Numbered from the whole stretch's first letter, positions 28,053 to 39,450 are shown. The stretch is 63,988 bases of DNA, filler included, from Reclinomonas americana ATCC 50394 (GCA_048213135.1; 11 parts of 11 records of this genome joined end to end with filler, not necessarily neighbours in it); one strand, 5' to 3'. Made by a program: numbers and translations. The notes: generated by a model from the letters alone, not told the origin.

Positions 28053-29392
28053 CTACTGCTGCATGTACAACGGCTGCTTGCCCACGGGGAGGGGCGCCTG
28101 GAACCAGTTGCGCCCAAACTTGACCGGGATCATGCCGCGCGTGGTGGCGATGTTGTACAGCGCCATCCCCGACAGCATGGACGCCATGAACACCAGGGCA
28201 GAGGGGATGCCGGCGGCAAAGTTGAGGAGGGCCGGACCCGGGCAGATGCCCGTCAGGCCCCACCCAATGCCGAACAGCACCGATCCGATCACCAGGCGAT
28301 CGGTGATATCGGTTTTGCGTGGCAACTCCCAGCGGGTGGTGAGCAGCGGTGACGGCCGGCGGAGGATCCCCGGGAACACGAGAAGGTTGAGGGCGAGGGC
28401 GCCGCCCATCACCAGAGCCAGCGAGGGGTCCCAGGCGTTGGTGAACGGGTCGAGGAAATTCAAGACTTTTTCCGCGTTCGCCATGCCTGCGTGTGCGTAA
28501 GAGGAGCAGTGCAGGGTGAAAGTAGAGGGAGAGAGAGAGGGTACGGAACCACTGATAAGCAGGCCAACTCCAAAGAGGAGACCGGAGATGCCGTCGACCA
28601 CGGTTGCCGCGATGCTCTTCCACGAGCGCTCCCTGTGTGCGCGAGTTCATGAGAGAGAACCCCGACAATTCACTGGCCTCTGGCGAGACGCACCGAGCAA
28701 CGTAGACGACAGCCCACGTGAGCAGACCAATGGCACCGACCGTTGTCAGCCACGGGATGCCTGCCACCAGTGGCACAGTCGTCACCTCCTGTCCTGATCC
28801 TCCTGCCACCCACGGCAAGAATCGCGCAACCAGTGACCGGGTGAGCATGCCAGCCGCGAAGAATGACCCCACGGCGGCGACGGAGCGAGCAGATTGCCGC
28901 GCCAGACCACATATGCCGTGGCCAGAGGTGCAACCGGCACCACACTGACAGTGACAATGTTGGTACCGGTGGTGGTGGTTTCCAAATCAGGAGGAGGGGA
29001 ACTCCCTTCACTACCCACCCACCCACCTGCGTGCCAAATCCCACGAGGAAACCACCCAGCACGAGCACAATGCCCGGCAGCGCAATGCCCGTGGTCAGCA
29101 GCTGCCGCTGCGAGTTGAGCGACAACCAATCGGGGAGGAGAAGGGAGAAGGAATTTTGAGTGAGGAGGGCGGACAGCAGAATCAGAAACGGCTCGGTCAG
29201 CAGCAGGCCGCTGAGGAAGACGAGGCGGCCACGTCGCTCACGGAGCGAGCGATTCGGCTTCACGAGTGCTGCGTTGACGATGCTGGAGACGGCGGCCATG
29301 CGGCCGCTGGTGAGCAGGTGGAGGCAGCTGGCGGCGCCGAGGAGGAGGCCGCCGGTGAGGGAGGGGAGGGGGGAGAAGTTGGGGGAGAGCAT
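28053..29392 (-). CDS. YeeE/YedE-family sulfur transporter, fused two-domain (PmpA+PmpB-like) form, 3 exons
   Basis: GGLLLG...SGRMAAVSSI, GFLVGFGTQ|CGAGCTSGHGICG...RS; second half LFGVGLLISGM...KVLNFLD...WDPSLALVMGG...GSVLFGIGWGLTGICPGPAL. Confidence 0.9.
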
Positions 29393-29889
29393 GAAGGGGG
29401 AAGGAGGCGGGAAAAGGGGAAGGGTGGAGTGTTGTCGCTCTACAAAGGGGGAGGAAGAGACCTGAAAACAGATATTGGGTGGTCGTAAGAATCAATCTCG
29501 CGAAGTTGTCACTCACCTTGAGATACGAGGGCGCGCGTGTCTCTTGTGATGCTTACTGCAGATGGCGATCATCATGAAGCTGTGTTGCTGTTTGGATTGT
29601 TAGAGACGAGAGTAGCAAACTCACACGCTGCAGCTAGCTGATCATGACGTCATGACGATTGTGTCCTCTCCTTTCGGTTCGCTTCTGTTGGCTTCCTCTC
29701 TTCGGAGAGCAAGCCGCCTGGTCGGTACTCTACTGTGGTGATCGCTCGGGGCTCTCTGAAATCGTAGACGAAGAGTGGTAGAGTTATTGGAATGTGAATG
29801 AAGCTTCGATGATTTATCTATGTGTTTTTTATATTGTTGGTGTGCCAATGGTCATTGTCGGCAAGGGATTTGTGGACATTTGTCGCATT

Positions 29890-30070
29890 ATTGGAATGTG
29901 GTGAATGAAGTGTTTTGTCGAAGTGTTTTTCTTTCTTTGCAGTTCGAATTCTCGATCGCGACGTCGACGTCGTTCTTGCTCGAGATCGAAGGCTCAAGAA
30001 CGACTATCGTCGAGGCTGGTGTGTGTGTGTGTTGATGTTTTGTATGCGGTTGGTCATCAAGACACCTGCT
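29890..30070 (+). repeat. Dispersed intergenic repeat, copy 3 (rearranged)
   Basis: aatgtggtgaatgaagtgttttgtcga and gtgtgttgatgttttgtatgcggttggtcatcaagaca are shared with 27620-27800. Confidence 0.6.
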
Positions 30071-30132
30071 CCGTCTGTGCATGGACTACGTTGAAAGGAG
30101 TTGTCCGCTGACTCTCTGTTTTATTTCGTGCG

Positions 30133-32109
30133 ATGTTGCTGGGAGCGCTGAGTGCGACGGCAGTGCGACTGCGGCCGGGTGATGATGTGAAGGCGGCGTT
30201 GTGTGGCGCTGTGCGGGAGGCGGGGTTGACGAATGCGTCGGTGTTGATGTGCGGAGAGTGGGGAAGGGAAAGAGAGAGGGAGGGAGAAGAAAGAGAGAGA
30301 GAAAAGAGGGAAGGGTGGGGGGAAGAGAGAAACACAGCAATGCTGCAGAGGGAGACGGAGATGAGAAGAGAGAAAGAGAGAGAGAGAAAGAGGGAGAGAG
30401 ACACACACAGAGAGAGAGAGAGGAGGGAGATGCATGCGAAGCGAGAGGGAAGGTGGAGAGGGATGGGGAGCAGAGACCCGGAGACAGAGATAGAGAAAGG
30501 ATTTGGAAGTTGCAGCAGTACAGAGGGACTGGGACGAGAAGAGAGACAGGGAGAAAGAGGGAGGAGAGGGGAAGAGGCACAGAGCAACGCTGCAGAGGGG
30601 GACTGAAACGAGAAAAGAGAGAAAGAGAGAAAGGAGAGAGAGACAGGAGAGAGGGAGAGGAGAGAGGGAGAGGAGAGAGAGAGAGATGCATGTGAAGCGA
30701 GAAGGGAAGGAGGAGAGGGATGGAGAGAAGACAAAGCAGAGACCCGGAGACAGCGAGACAGTGAAAAAGGTGTTGGAAAGGAGCAGCAGCACAGAGACGA
30801 GAAGAGAGAGACAGGAGAGAAAGAGAGAGAGAGGAATAGAGGCACAGAGCAACGCTGCAGAGGGGGACTGAAACGGGAAAAGAGAGAAAGAAAGAGCGAG
30901 ACAGGAGAGAAAGGGAGATGCATGCGACGCGAGAAGGGAAGGAGGAGAGGGATGGGGAGAAGGTAGCAGAGAGCCGGAGACAGAGAGACAGAGAAAAGGT
31001 GTGCGACAGGAACAGCAGTGCAGAGAGCGACTTAAACGAGAAGAGAGAGACAGGAGAGAAAGANNNNNNNNNNNNNNNNNNNNNNNNNNNNNNNNNNNNN
31101 NNNNNNNTTAATTAATTAANNNNNNNNNNNNNNNNNNNNNNNNNNNNNNNNNNNNNNNNNNNNTCTCTCTGCCAACTACAGTCGCACGGCATCACCCTTT
31201 CCAACGAGACACACCTCGGCATCTTGATCTGACGTTTCTGGTGCATGCATGTCGTCCGTCGCTGGTTGGCCAATTCACTGACCTCTCTCCTTCTGCCTGG
31301 CTGTCTCTTGTCATTGCCATTCGTGTTGCTGCAACGTGTCGCTGCCAGACGCCACCAAGTTCGCTGTCTCTCTCGGATTCTCACTTGGTCGGCGGTTGCC
31401 TGGCGTTTCCTTTTTTTCCGATCCACACTTCTGCATCGTTTGGCGTCTTTGCTGCATCCCATTACGTCTCTTCTCTCTCCCTCCGATTCGTTGACCTCTC
31501 TCCTTGATTCTGCTTGACTGTTCCTTGTCGTCGCCATTCGTGTTGCTGCAACGTGTCCCTGCCAGAGAGCACACTGGACGCCTCTCTCTCTCTCTCCCTC
31601 TCCCTCCCTCCCTTCCACATCTCCTTCCAACAAGTTCCCACTCTCTCGCACTGTCGATTCCACGTTTCATTCTCAACTTATTATGCTTCCTTTATTCCCC
31701 TCCCTTCCCCCCTTCCCGCAGGGCAGTGGGCAGTCTCGATCACGCAGTGATCCGCCTGGCCGCCTACGATTCATCGTCTTCCGTCGCCACGCACCTGTGT
31801 GAGCGTGACGAGCGATTCGAAGTTGTGTCGCTGAGCGGCACGGTGGACGCACGTGGTGCCGCCTGCCACTTGCACATTGCGTTGGCCGACGCCAAGGGAC
31901 ACGTCGTGGGCGGTCACGTGATGGAGGGCTGTCGTGGTGCGTGTGTGTGTGTGCCCAAGTAAGCTTGTCTTGTGCGTTGCTTCCTTCTCACTGACAGGTC
32001 AGTGTTCACCACGCTCGAAGTGCTGCTGGGAAGCATCGAGGGGGTGCAGTTTTCGAGGCGAATGGATGAGAGCACGGGGTTTCCGGAGCTGAGTATTGAT
32101 CCGGCATGA
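30133..32109 (+). CDS. DUF296/PPC-domain protein (3 exons; intron 1 spans a gap)
   Basis: VRLRPGDDVK...AVGSLDHAVIRLA...RFEVVSLSGTV...HLHIALADAKGHVVGGHVMEGC|VFTTLEV...FSRRMDESTGFPEL, the stand-alone PPC signature. Confidence 0.9.
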
Positions 32110-32922
32110 AGGTTGGTGAAGTATACATGATGCATTCGTAAACAGGGGAAAGTGTATTTTTTCGCCGACGAATAGAAGTCTGCGTTCGACTCGTTGATCA
32201 ACGCCATCAAACAGAAGGCCGGTGGACAGGCCAAGGTTGAGCTGATGGTGCTTCCTGTGACGTCGATTGGCACGGCCCCAGCATTGTTGTCGATTGGACT
32301 CCGTCGTCGTCTCGGCGTGCGCGACGTCCGCCAGTGTATCTCCCGCATTTGGACGACAAGCTGATGTACAAGTTACTCGATATTTGTATGCGCCGCGAGA
32401 GCCGGAGCGGCAGCGGTGAGTAGAGGGGTGGAAAAAAGGAGCAGGTGGTGGTAAGGAGAAGGAAAGTGGGAGGAATGAAGGGAGAAGGAGGAGAAGAGGG
32501 AGAGAAGGGAGATAATTGCAGGGGGATCGAGTGCAAGCTGTTGACATGGTGGAGGTGGTGTGAGAGAGGTATCAGCTTCCCCGCGCTTGCCCCCGAGGGA
32601 GAGAAGGGAGATAATTGCAACGTACGTGGTGTGAGAGAAGTAACAGTTTCCCCGCGCTTGCCCCCACTGCTCTTCTTGATATTTAGTTGCGCAGTTGCTG
32701 CGATGACGTCTGTGCCGAGTGGCAGTATGTCTGAATATGGGCAACTCAACGCCGACAACTGCTTGAGGTGAGAAGTAACGCTCCGATCACTGCTGACTGT
32801 TGAGCATGTATGGATGCATTGGATCCGGAATCGTCCCGCAGCGTCGTGCAATCCAAGTTGACCCCTACTCGACCTTCAACCTCCACAGCGCTTTTGTCAC
32901 CCTCGTCAGACTTGTCAGACAC

Positions 32923-33693
32923 ATGAAGCGCTCGACTCTCGCCATCTTTCTGCTGCTACTCCTTGTTGTGCCGGCGCCCTGCCCGGCCAAAATGGTGCCG
33001 GCGCCAGCATCGCGCACGCACACGCATTCTGGTGTTCCGGCCACAGAAGCTCACGGCCTGTGTGTCGCTGCCTCCGACATGCGAGCGGAGCTCGTTCGCA
33101 AGCGTTTCATTCCGCCGGCGCTGGCTCAGTGGGCAACCGAACAAGTGCAAGCGTGCTATGAGCGCCACGCGGCCCGGCAGCGCGAGAAAACAGTGGCCAT
33201 CTCGTTGTTGGGCGCAGCGGTGCTGACGTTTTTGGCCGGCCCCATTGGAGCGGCGATTGGTGGCGGCTTGGCACCGGGTCTCGCTGGAGCCGCAGCTGCA
33301 GCGCACGGTTTGGCCGTTCTCGGTGGTGGCGCGTTGGCCGCCGGTGGCGCGGGTGTGATCGGCGGCACGGCAGTGCTGGCCGCTGTCGGTGGCGCGGCCG
33401 GAGCAATGCTGACACCTGCCAGTGGCGCACCGACCGATGAGTGTGGATGCGAGCTGTGGAAGAGAATGCAAGAGCCTGCGCTACGCAAGTACAAGTCCGT
33501 CAACTCGGTGGCCATCAAGCTGAAAGGCGTCGAGTACCGTTACGAGGGCGAGTTTATGGGCATTCTGCCGCATGGCCGGGGCACGCTGAATGGCCAGGAG
33601 GGCGTGTTCCACTACGGCGTTCCGGCATGGTGCGATGAGGACCCGACCTTTGTAGTCGACTTGCTGCAAGAGATGGGCAAGTGCAAACTCTGA
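32923..33693 (+). CDS. Intronless secreted glycine-zipper protein with a C-terminal MORN-like repeat
   Basis: Signal peptide MKRSTLAIFLLLLLVVPAPCPA; GxxxG run GLAGAAAAAHGLAVLGGGALAAGGAGVIGGTAVL; MORN-like YEGEFMGILPHGRGTL. Confidence 0.7.
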   Translation: MKRSTLAIFLLLLLVVPAPCPAKMVPAPASRTHTHSGVPATEAHGLCVAASDMRAELVRKRFIPPALAQWATEQVQACYERHAARQREKTVAISLLGAAVLTFLAGPIGAAIGGGLAPGLAGAAAAAHGLAVLGGGALAAGGAGVIGGTAVLAAVGGAAGAMLTPASGAPTDECGCELWKRMQEPALRKYKSVNSVAIKLKGVEYRYEGEFMGILPHGRGTLNGQEGVFHYGVPAWCDEDPTFVVDLLQEMGKCKL

Positions 33694-34199
33694 TCACGAG
33701 CTGTTGCAATAAAGGGTGCGCCCGGGAGCGCTCGTGCCGTCACCGCGAGACAGTGAGCTTGCCATTGCTACAATTCCTCTTCTACTTGACAAGCAACAAC
33801 CAAGCAAGACACCTCATTCAACAACATCAACACCTTACTGATCCAAACAGCAACACAGCTGCATGATGATCACCATCTTGAGTGAGCACCAGAAACTCAG
33901 ACATCACGAGAAAAGCGAGAAAAAGTCGAGATGGCTAATGCTGGCGTTTCTGCAAGAGAAACCACGGCTCGTGACAAGCATGGATTTGACGCCGAATTCC
34001 GAAAAGGAAACGAGATAGATAGCAAGAGGTGTTGGTGTCAGAAGACATATGGAAAACCAACAGAGCCAGGCAACATGCAAGTAAGTCCGGGAATGAGCAG
34101 AGGTGCAATTAAGTGGTTGTTGTTGGTGAGGCCGATCCCTGTTGACAGCGCGGAGCTCGAGAGGGCAAGCACGTGGTGCCATGGGCTTCGACAAGTGAC

Positions 34200-34840
34200 C
34201 TCCTTCGACACACTTCAGCAGGCAGCGAGCACCAACGGGCAACTTGGTTGGAATCTCGTTCCCGATTGCAGGTGCACCACCGAGCCAACGAATGCTCAAG
34301 AGGAGTTTGAGCGTGGCCGCCGTCCGAAGACAAGCAGCCGGGCAACATGTAATACTCTGTGAAGAGACTGCTTCCGCCAAGAACGTGCATCGTCGTTGCC
34401 GACGAGCACACGGCCTCCTTCGACACACCACGCCAACGAACGGTGAGCCCCAAAAGTGCACCACCGCAGCGTGCTCAAGAGGGTGACCATCGTCACCAGA
34501 CAAGCAGCCGGGCAGCATGCGAGACTCTGTGAAGAGATGCTTCCACATCATCGGTGCGGACGACACACGGCCTCCATCAACACACCACGCCGACTGACGG
34601 TGAGCTCCAATGGTGCACCGCCACACAAGCGTGTGCTCAAGAGGGTGACTGCCGTCCGAAGACAAGCAGCCGGGCAGCATGCTCTGTGAAGAGACTCCTT
34701 CCACCACAAACGTGCATCGTCGTTGCCGACGATACACGGCCTCCATCAACACACCACGCCGACAAACGGTGAGCACCAAATGTGCACCACTGCACACGCG
34801 CGTGCACAAGAGGGTGACTGCCGTCCGAAGACAAGCATGC
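34200..34840 (+). repeat. ~167-bp tandem array (about 4 units)
   Basis: agacaagca(gccggg) at ~34328, 34498, 34660 and 34829, with conserved ctctgtgaagaga, cacggcctcc and gtgctcaagagggtgac. Confidence 0.85.
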
Positions 34841-34895
34841 AAGACTTTGTGATGTTCGTCTCCTTCATACCTCCCCCACCGTCTCCCTTGTCCTC

Positions 34896-35875
34896 CTACC
34901 ACCCCACCGCCCGCCGTTCAATCACCTCTGCATCCTCCATCATAAAACACCTCATCACCACCCCCACAAGCACCCAATCACAGTCATCCTCCACACCCTC
35001 TCACGTACAGCCAGCACGGCCGTCCGTGCAACGGAGAGCTCCCGTCGGGCCCACGCGGCGTCCATCACACTCGTATTGTGTTGTCTCTGTCACTCGCACT
35101 CACCACGTGCTGCCCGTCGTCGGGGCCGACGGCTACACAGAGCACCGCGCCAGCGTGACCCTCCAATCGCCGCACCCCTTTGCCACTCGCCATCGACCAC
35201 CAGTGTGGTCCTCGCTGCCACTCACGAGACGGCGACAGTGTTCACTGCAGCAGTGTGCCCCTGCAGTCGTCGTACCACCTCTCCACTCGCCATCGACCAC
35301 ACCCGCACAAGTCATGTCGCGACTCCCGCTAACAATGTGGTGTGACGGCGACAGACAACACCCCTGCCGTGTGCTCCGCCAGCCGCCGCACCTCGTCGCC
35401 ACTCGCCAGCGACCACACGCGCAATGACTTGTCCTCACTTCCACTCGCAATGAGCTCACCGTCGGGAATGACGGCGACGGCCGTTGCTTCCCAGTCGTGT
35501 CCCCGAACCGTCGCACTTGGTCCTCCTCCCGTCGTAAACTCGTCTGCATTCGCACTCACGACGTGCGCGCCGTCGGGAGTGACGGCCACAGAGTAGACGG
35601 CGCCGGAGTGCGTGTGCAACTGGCGCGCTTGTTGTTCTCCACTTGTGGTGCAGGTGTAGAGACCACACTCGCAGTGTGTGGTCGAATGTGTCGCCCGCCG
35701 GTCACCATGTGCTGGCCGTCGGGGGTGATGGTGAGGGAGAGGGCGAGGTTGTTGTAGGGTGTGTGGAGGAGGTGGGGTGACGGGGGTGCGAGGGAGAGGG
35801 GATTGGGAGGAGATGGGGAAGGACAGGAGGAGAGGAGAGGAGAGGTGTGCACGGGCGGCGTACCTTGGTGAGCAT
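34896..35875 (-). pseudogene. Degraded paralog of the 39652-40828 WD40/RCF-tail gene
   Basis: Fragments SVAVTPDG, SGSEDKSLRVWSLASGDEVRRLAEHT and tail DWVLVGVVMRCFMMEDAEVIERRAVGW-TAG lie in different frames, broken by deletions and stops. Confidence 0.8.
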
Positions 35876-36023
35876 GTTGAGGGAGCAGATGGATACGTAT
35901 CTGGTCGTCGTCCTGCAGAGGCGCACACTGCCTTTTTTGGAGTCCGTCCTTTCACCTTTCCACGTGTGCACCTGAACGCTCGCACACAGTCACAGTCGTC
36001 AACATTTTTCCGCGCACACAATC

Positions 36024-37727
36024 ATGGCAAAGCGCATCGCAATTCTTGTCGCTGATGATGCAACGTCCTCTAAAGCAGTTGGTTTGTTTCTCCTGCTCTG
36101 TTTTCATTCTCGCCATCTAACTCTGTGCTCGCACACTCAAACACACGCAGAGCTGATGAGCGAGTACTTTCACGACGCTAACTGGGAAGTGTTTGAGGCG
36201 GTGGACAAGATGCAGACGAAGGACGACTTTGATGAATGGTGGACCGGAACCGATGATCTCGAGGGGTTAGTTCCACGCATTCACCGCTCGTACTCTTACC
36301 GTGACCCGGCAATGCCAGCCGACGATGCCGCTAGCGCTGATCAGCAGCCTGTGATACTCTTCTACTACGTGGGCCACGGGGCGAGCATCTCGAGTTTACC
36401 CAACGGAGGAGCAGGTGGCTCTCTGGGACTGTCAAGTGCCGCGCTGATGAACGAGAACTATCTGATTCCGTACGGCAGCCACAACTATAGCTGGTCAGAT
36501 GTTCAGGCGAGTACCTTGCCTCTTAAGCTGGCCATGGCACGAAGTGGACTCGCTGTACATGTGCACCGATTCGCTCACACACTGTTGCTGACCTCATCGA
36601 TCTCACTTGAAACTTCCACGTTGTTGTCTGTCTGAATTATTCATGTTCTTGTTGTCGCTCTTTCCGCTCTGCCATTCTCCGTGTCAAGATACGCATCTGC
36701 TGTATTGATCTGCGTGCAGCTGGCTGCGGGCGCATGCCTCTGCACAGCTCTATATATGATTTCTCCCTTTTATTGGCTGTCCAGATCTGTGATCCTATTA
36801 GTTTCTCACCGTCCCCCTCTCTATTCGCAGAAAAAACTCTACTGGGTCAGCGTCAGTGGCATCGTCCGCGATCTGCAGGATGCGACTCTCGAGCGCGATG
36901 TTTCCATCGTCGTGTTGCTGGACTGCTGTCGCAACTGGATGCCTCCTCCACGGTCAGCTTTGCTTGTTGTGCGCTGTAGACACATTCTGTTCGACACTCA
37001 CCTCACTGCATTCGCCTGCACATCAGAATCATACCGCGTTCTGGTTCCATGGGTTCCTCGTTGGGGAACTTGAGCAGCCAGATGGCACCACAGTTTTTCG
37101 ATGGGTGTCTCATCGGGTACGCCACGGCCAACGGCAAGGTGGCGTCCACACCACCCGTAATTGAGAAAAGTTCGTGTGCTCGTGCTTTGATTCCGACAGT
37201 GGTGACGGCAGTGTCGTGTACTCACTAATCATTACTGTGTACATGTCGATGCAGAGTACATTCCCGTTCCGTATTACACGGAGGCGCTGGTGGAGCAACT
37301 GCGTGGTGGTGGTGAGCTGCACTCTATTCTGACGATTGTGAATAGTGCTGTTCGGAGGCGCGCGGTGGAGTTTCACAAGTCTCAGACTGAAGAAGCGCAA
37401 AGGCTTCTGGCATTGCTCACAGAGCGACTGCAGCTGGCGACTGCCCCATCCGATCGCGAGGAGCTGGAAGATGGCGCGTATCAGCTGCGTGAGTTCGTGG
37501 CCTCGTTGGAGCTGAAAGGTCTCGAGTACCCACAGACGCCATGGTTCTCCTCGTCTCTTGGCGCGCCGATTCGAATTCATCTGGTGAGTCACGTGCTTGC
37601 TTGTTGCGCAAATCGTGGTGCAATATTTCTGAATCATTGTGCGCCACGCGTGGCACCGCAGCAGCCGGTGCATACGGCCGTGGGGTCGCGATCGGCACAG
37701 GATTCAGACGTCGAGATGGATCAGTGA
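36024..37727 (+). CDS. Caspase-like protease (peptidase C14, paracaspase-type), 6 exons
   Basis: ILFYYVGHG (catalytic His), ENYLIP, VVLLDCCRN (catalytic Cys), CLIGYATANGKVA, PYYTEALVEQL, QTPWFSSSL. The frame stays intact after splicing. Confidence 0.85.
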
Positions 37728-38134
37728 TCATGACTTCGATGCGCGTTGCGATGCCACGATGGGTTATGAAGATTGATGACTCTTCGAGAGGCCTCGGGGG
37801 GTGGCCGGGGAGGGTGGGGGGCGTGTTGTGGAAATGACTGCTGTTTCTTTTGCGTGTGGTCATTATGGACGAGTGCCTGACGTCGACGTTTGCCAGCATC
37901 CGACATGTGTGGTGAATGATGTTTCAAAGTGCTTGTTCTGTCGAGAACTATGAGTATTATGCACGACGACAGCATTTTTTTCGTGACCTGCGTGCAGCAC
38001 ATGTACATGGGAGATATAGTATGCCAATTGCTGACACGACGAGATGTTACGCTGCGATAACGAGATTGCGGTTCACAGCTCTAAGAAGGCATTGTCGCCA
38101 ATGTGACCATAATCCTGATCAGTGTCATCGCCGT

Positions 38135-39450
38135 TTACTGTGGATAAGGGTCACCGTCGGTTGCCCACACACGAGACCCGCCGGCTTGTCCGCCCGACGT
38201 CCTTACGGCAACAGCTAAACGTTTGATATCCAAACTTACTTTCTCAAGATCGGTGCACATAGTTCTCACTGCAGGCCAGTATCCAAACATATCATCCGCA
38301 TCGAATTTCTCCACAAACGGCAGCGGCAAGATGCTCACAACAAACAGCCAGAATGACCTTGTCCAGTTTGAAGGCCTATCTTCTTCGTCACCGGCCCCCC
38401 CGTTTCCCTGGGTGATTTCTACGCTACGCCAAGAAGGAGAGGCACACCTTCTCTGAAACGGCCACAGCAGGAAACATCCACCAAAGACAGCACCGCAGAT
38501 GGCCAGGTGATTCCCGTTGTACACAGTGTACACCCTAGCAAACATCTGCGACACAGAGAGCGCAGACAGAGTTGGTGACGCAGTCAACTCTGAAGCACAA
38601 GCAAACAGGGGCAACCTGAGCTGCCGTGAACAAGATCAGTGCACGAAGGAGCGACCCAATGTGGGAGCTCGTTCGACTGGCATACTTGCTGAAGTTGACA
38701 CGAAGTTTGAAGGCGCGCGGCACCAGCTCGTTGGTAAGCCTATCCATAATGATGGCATGATTACCTTTGTCTTCATCGAGAAATCGAATATATCGGCAGC
38801 ACTTGTCAAGCGTGTTTTGCACGTCGCCACCAAGCTGAGAGAAGAAACACAGACAATGAGCGGCTGTACATGTGTTACCACACACAACTCGTGACGGAGA
38901 CAGACCGCAGCGAGTATTGAGTTCAAGAATCTGGNNNNNNNNNNNNNNNNNNNNNNNNNNNNNNNNNNNNNNNNNNNNTTAATTAATTAANNNNNNNNNN
39001 NNNNNNNNNNNNNNNNNNNNNNNNNNNNNNNNNNCCACTCGAGCTAACCGGCATGCGCAGTAGGAGGATCCAAGTTTCGAAGGTTGGACCATGTCTCACC
39101 CGAGCTGGTTGGCAACGTTGGCGGCGAAGAAGCGTGCGAGAGGTGACGCGTAGTCTCCGTGATCGAGACCGCCCTCTTCGTGCATGTACATGCTTGAGAC
39201 TCTTTGTATCGTTCACGCAACCACCCTCTCTCTTTTCTCTCTGATAATCCTAGCTTTCCCCATCTTTGAACATGCACCCGGCGCTGCAAGCACCGACATG
39301 TACAACTTGCGTTCTATGCGAAGCGATATTCTGTGCACACTGGCATTGCAGTCTGCACCACAGTCATGCAGCGAGAAGTACAGTTCTCGACATCGTTCTG
39401 CAAATTGAATGCGCGATAGCAAACTACGATGGTTGTGCGTCACTGCACGA
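38135..39450 (-). CDS. Orphan protein with C-terminal hydrophobic helices (structure uncertain, spans a gap)
   Basis: Open frames LGGDVQNTLDKCCRYIRFLDEDK...LLRALILFTAAQ and FARVYTVYNGNHLAICGAVFGGCFLLWPF...FWLFVVSILPLPF...stop 38135. Lower GC than neighbouring genes; no recognised domain. Confidence 0.4.

Noticed and set aside
32140..32420. Coding-like fragment KVYFFADE*KSAFDSLINAIKQKAGG...
   Set aside because: Contains a stop and an apparent frameshift. It may be a gene relic, but I cannot assign a family.
34200..34840. Possible CRISPR-like array (also 26715-27175)
   Set aside because: Whole units are homologous with no unique spacers, there are no cas genes, and the context is eukaryotic.
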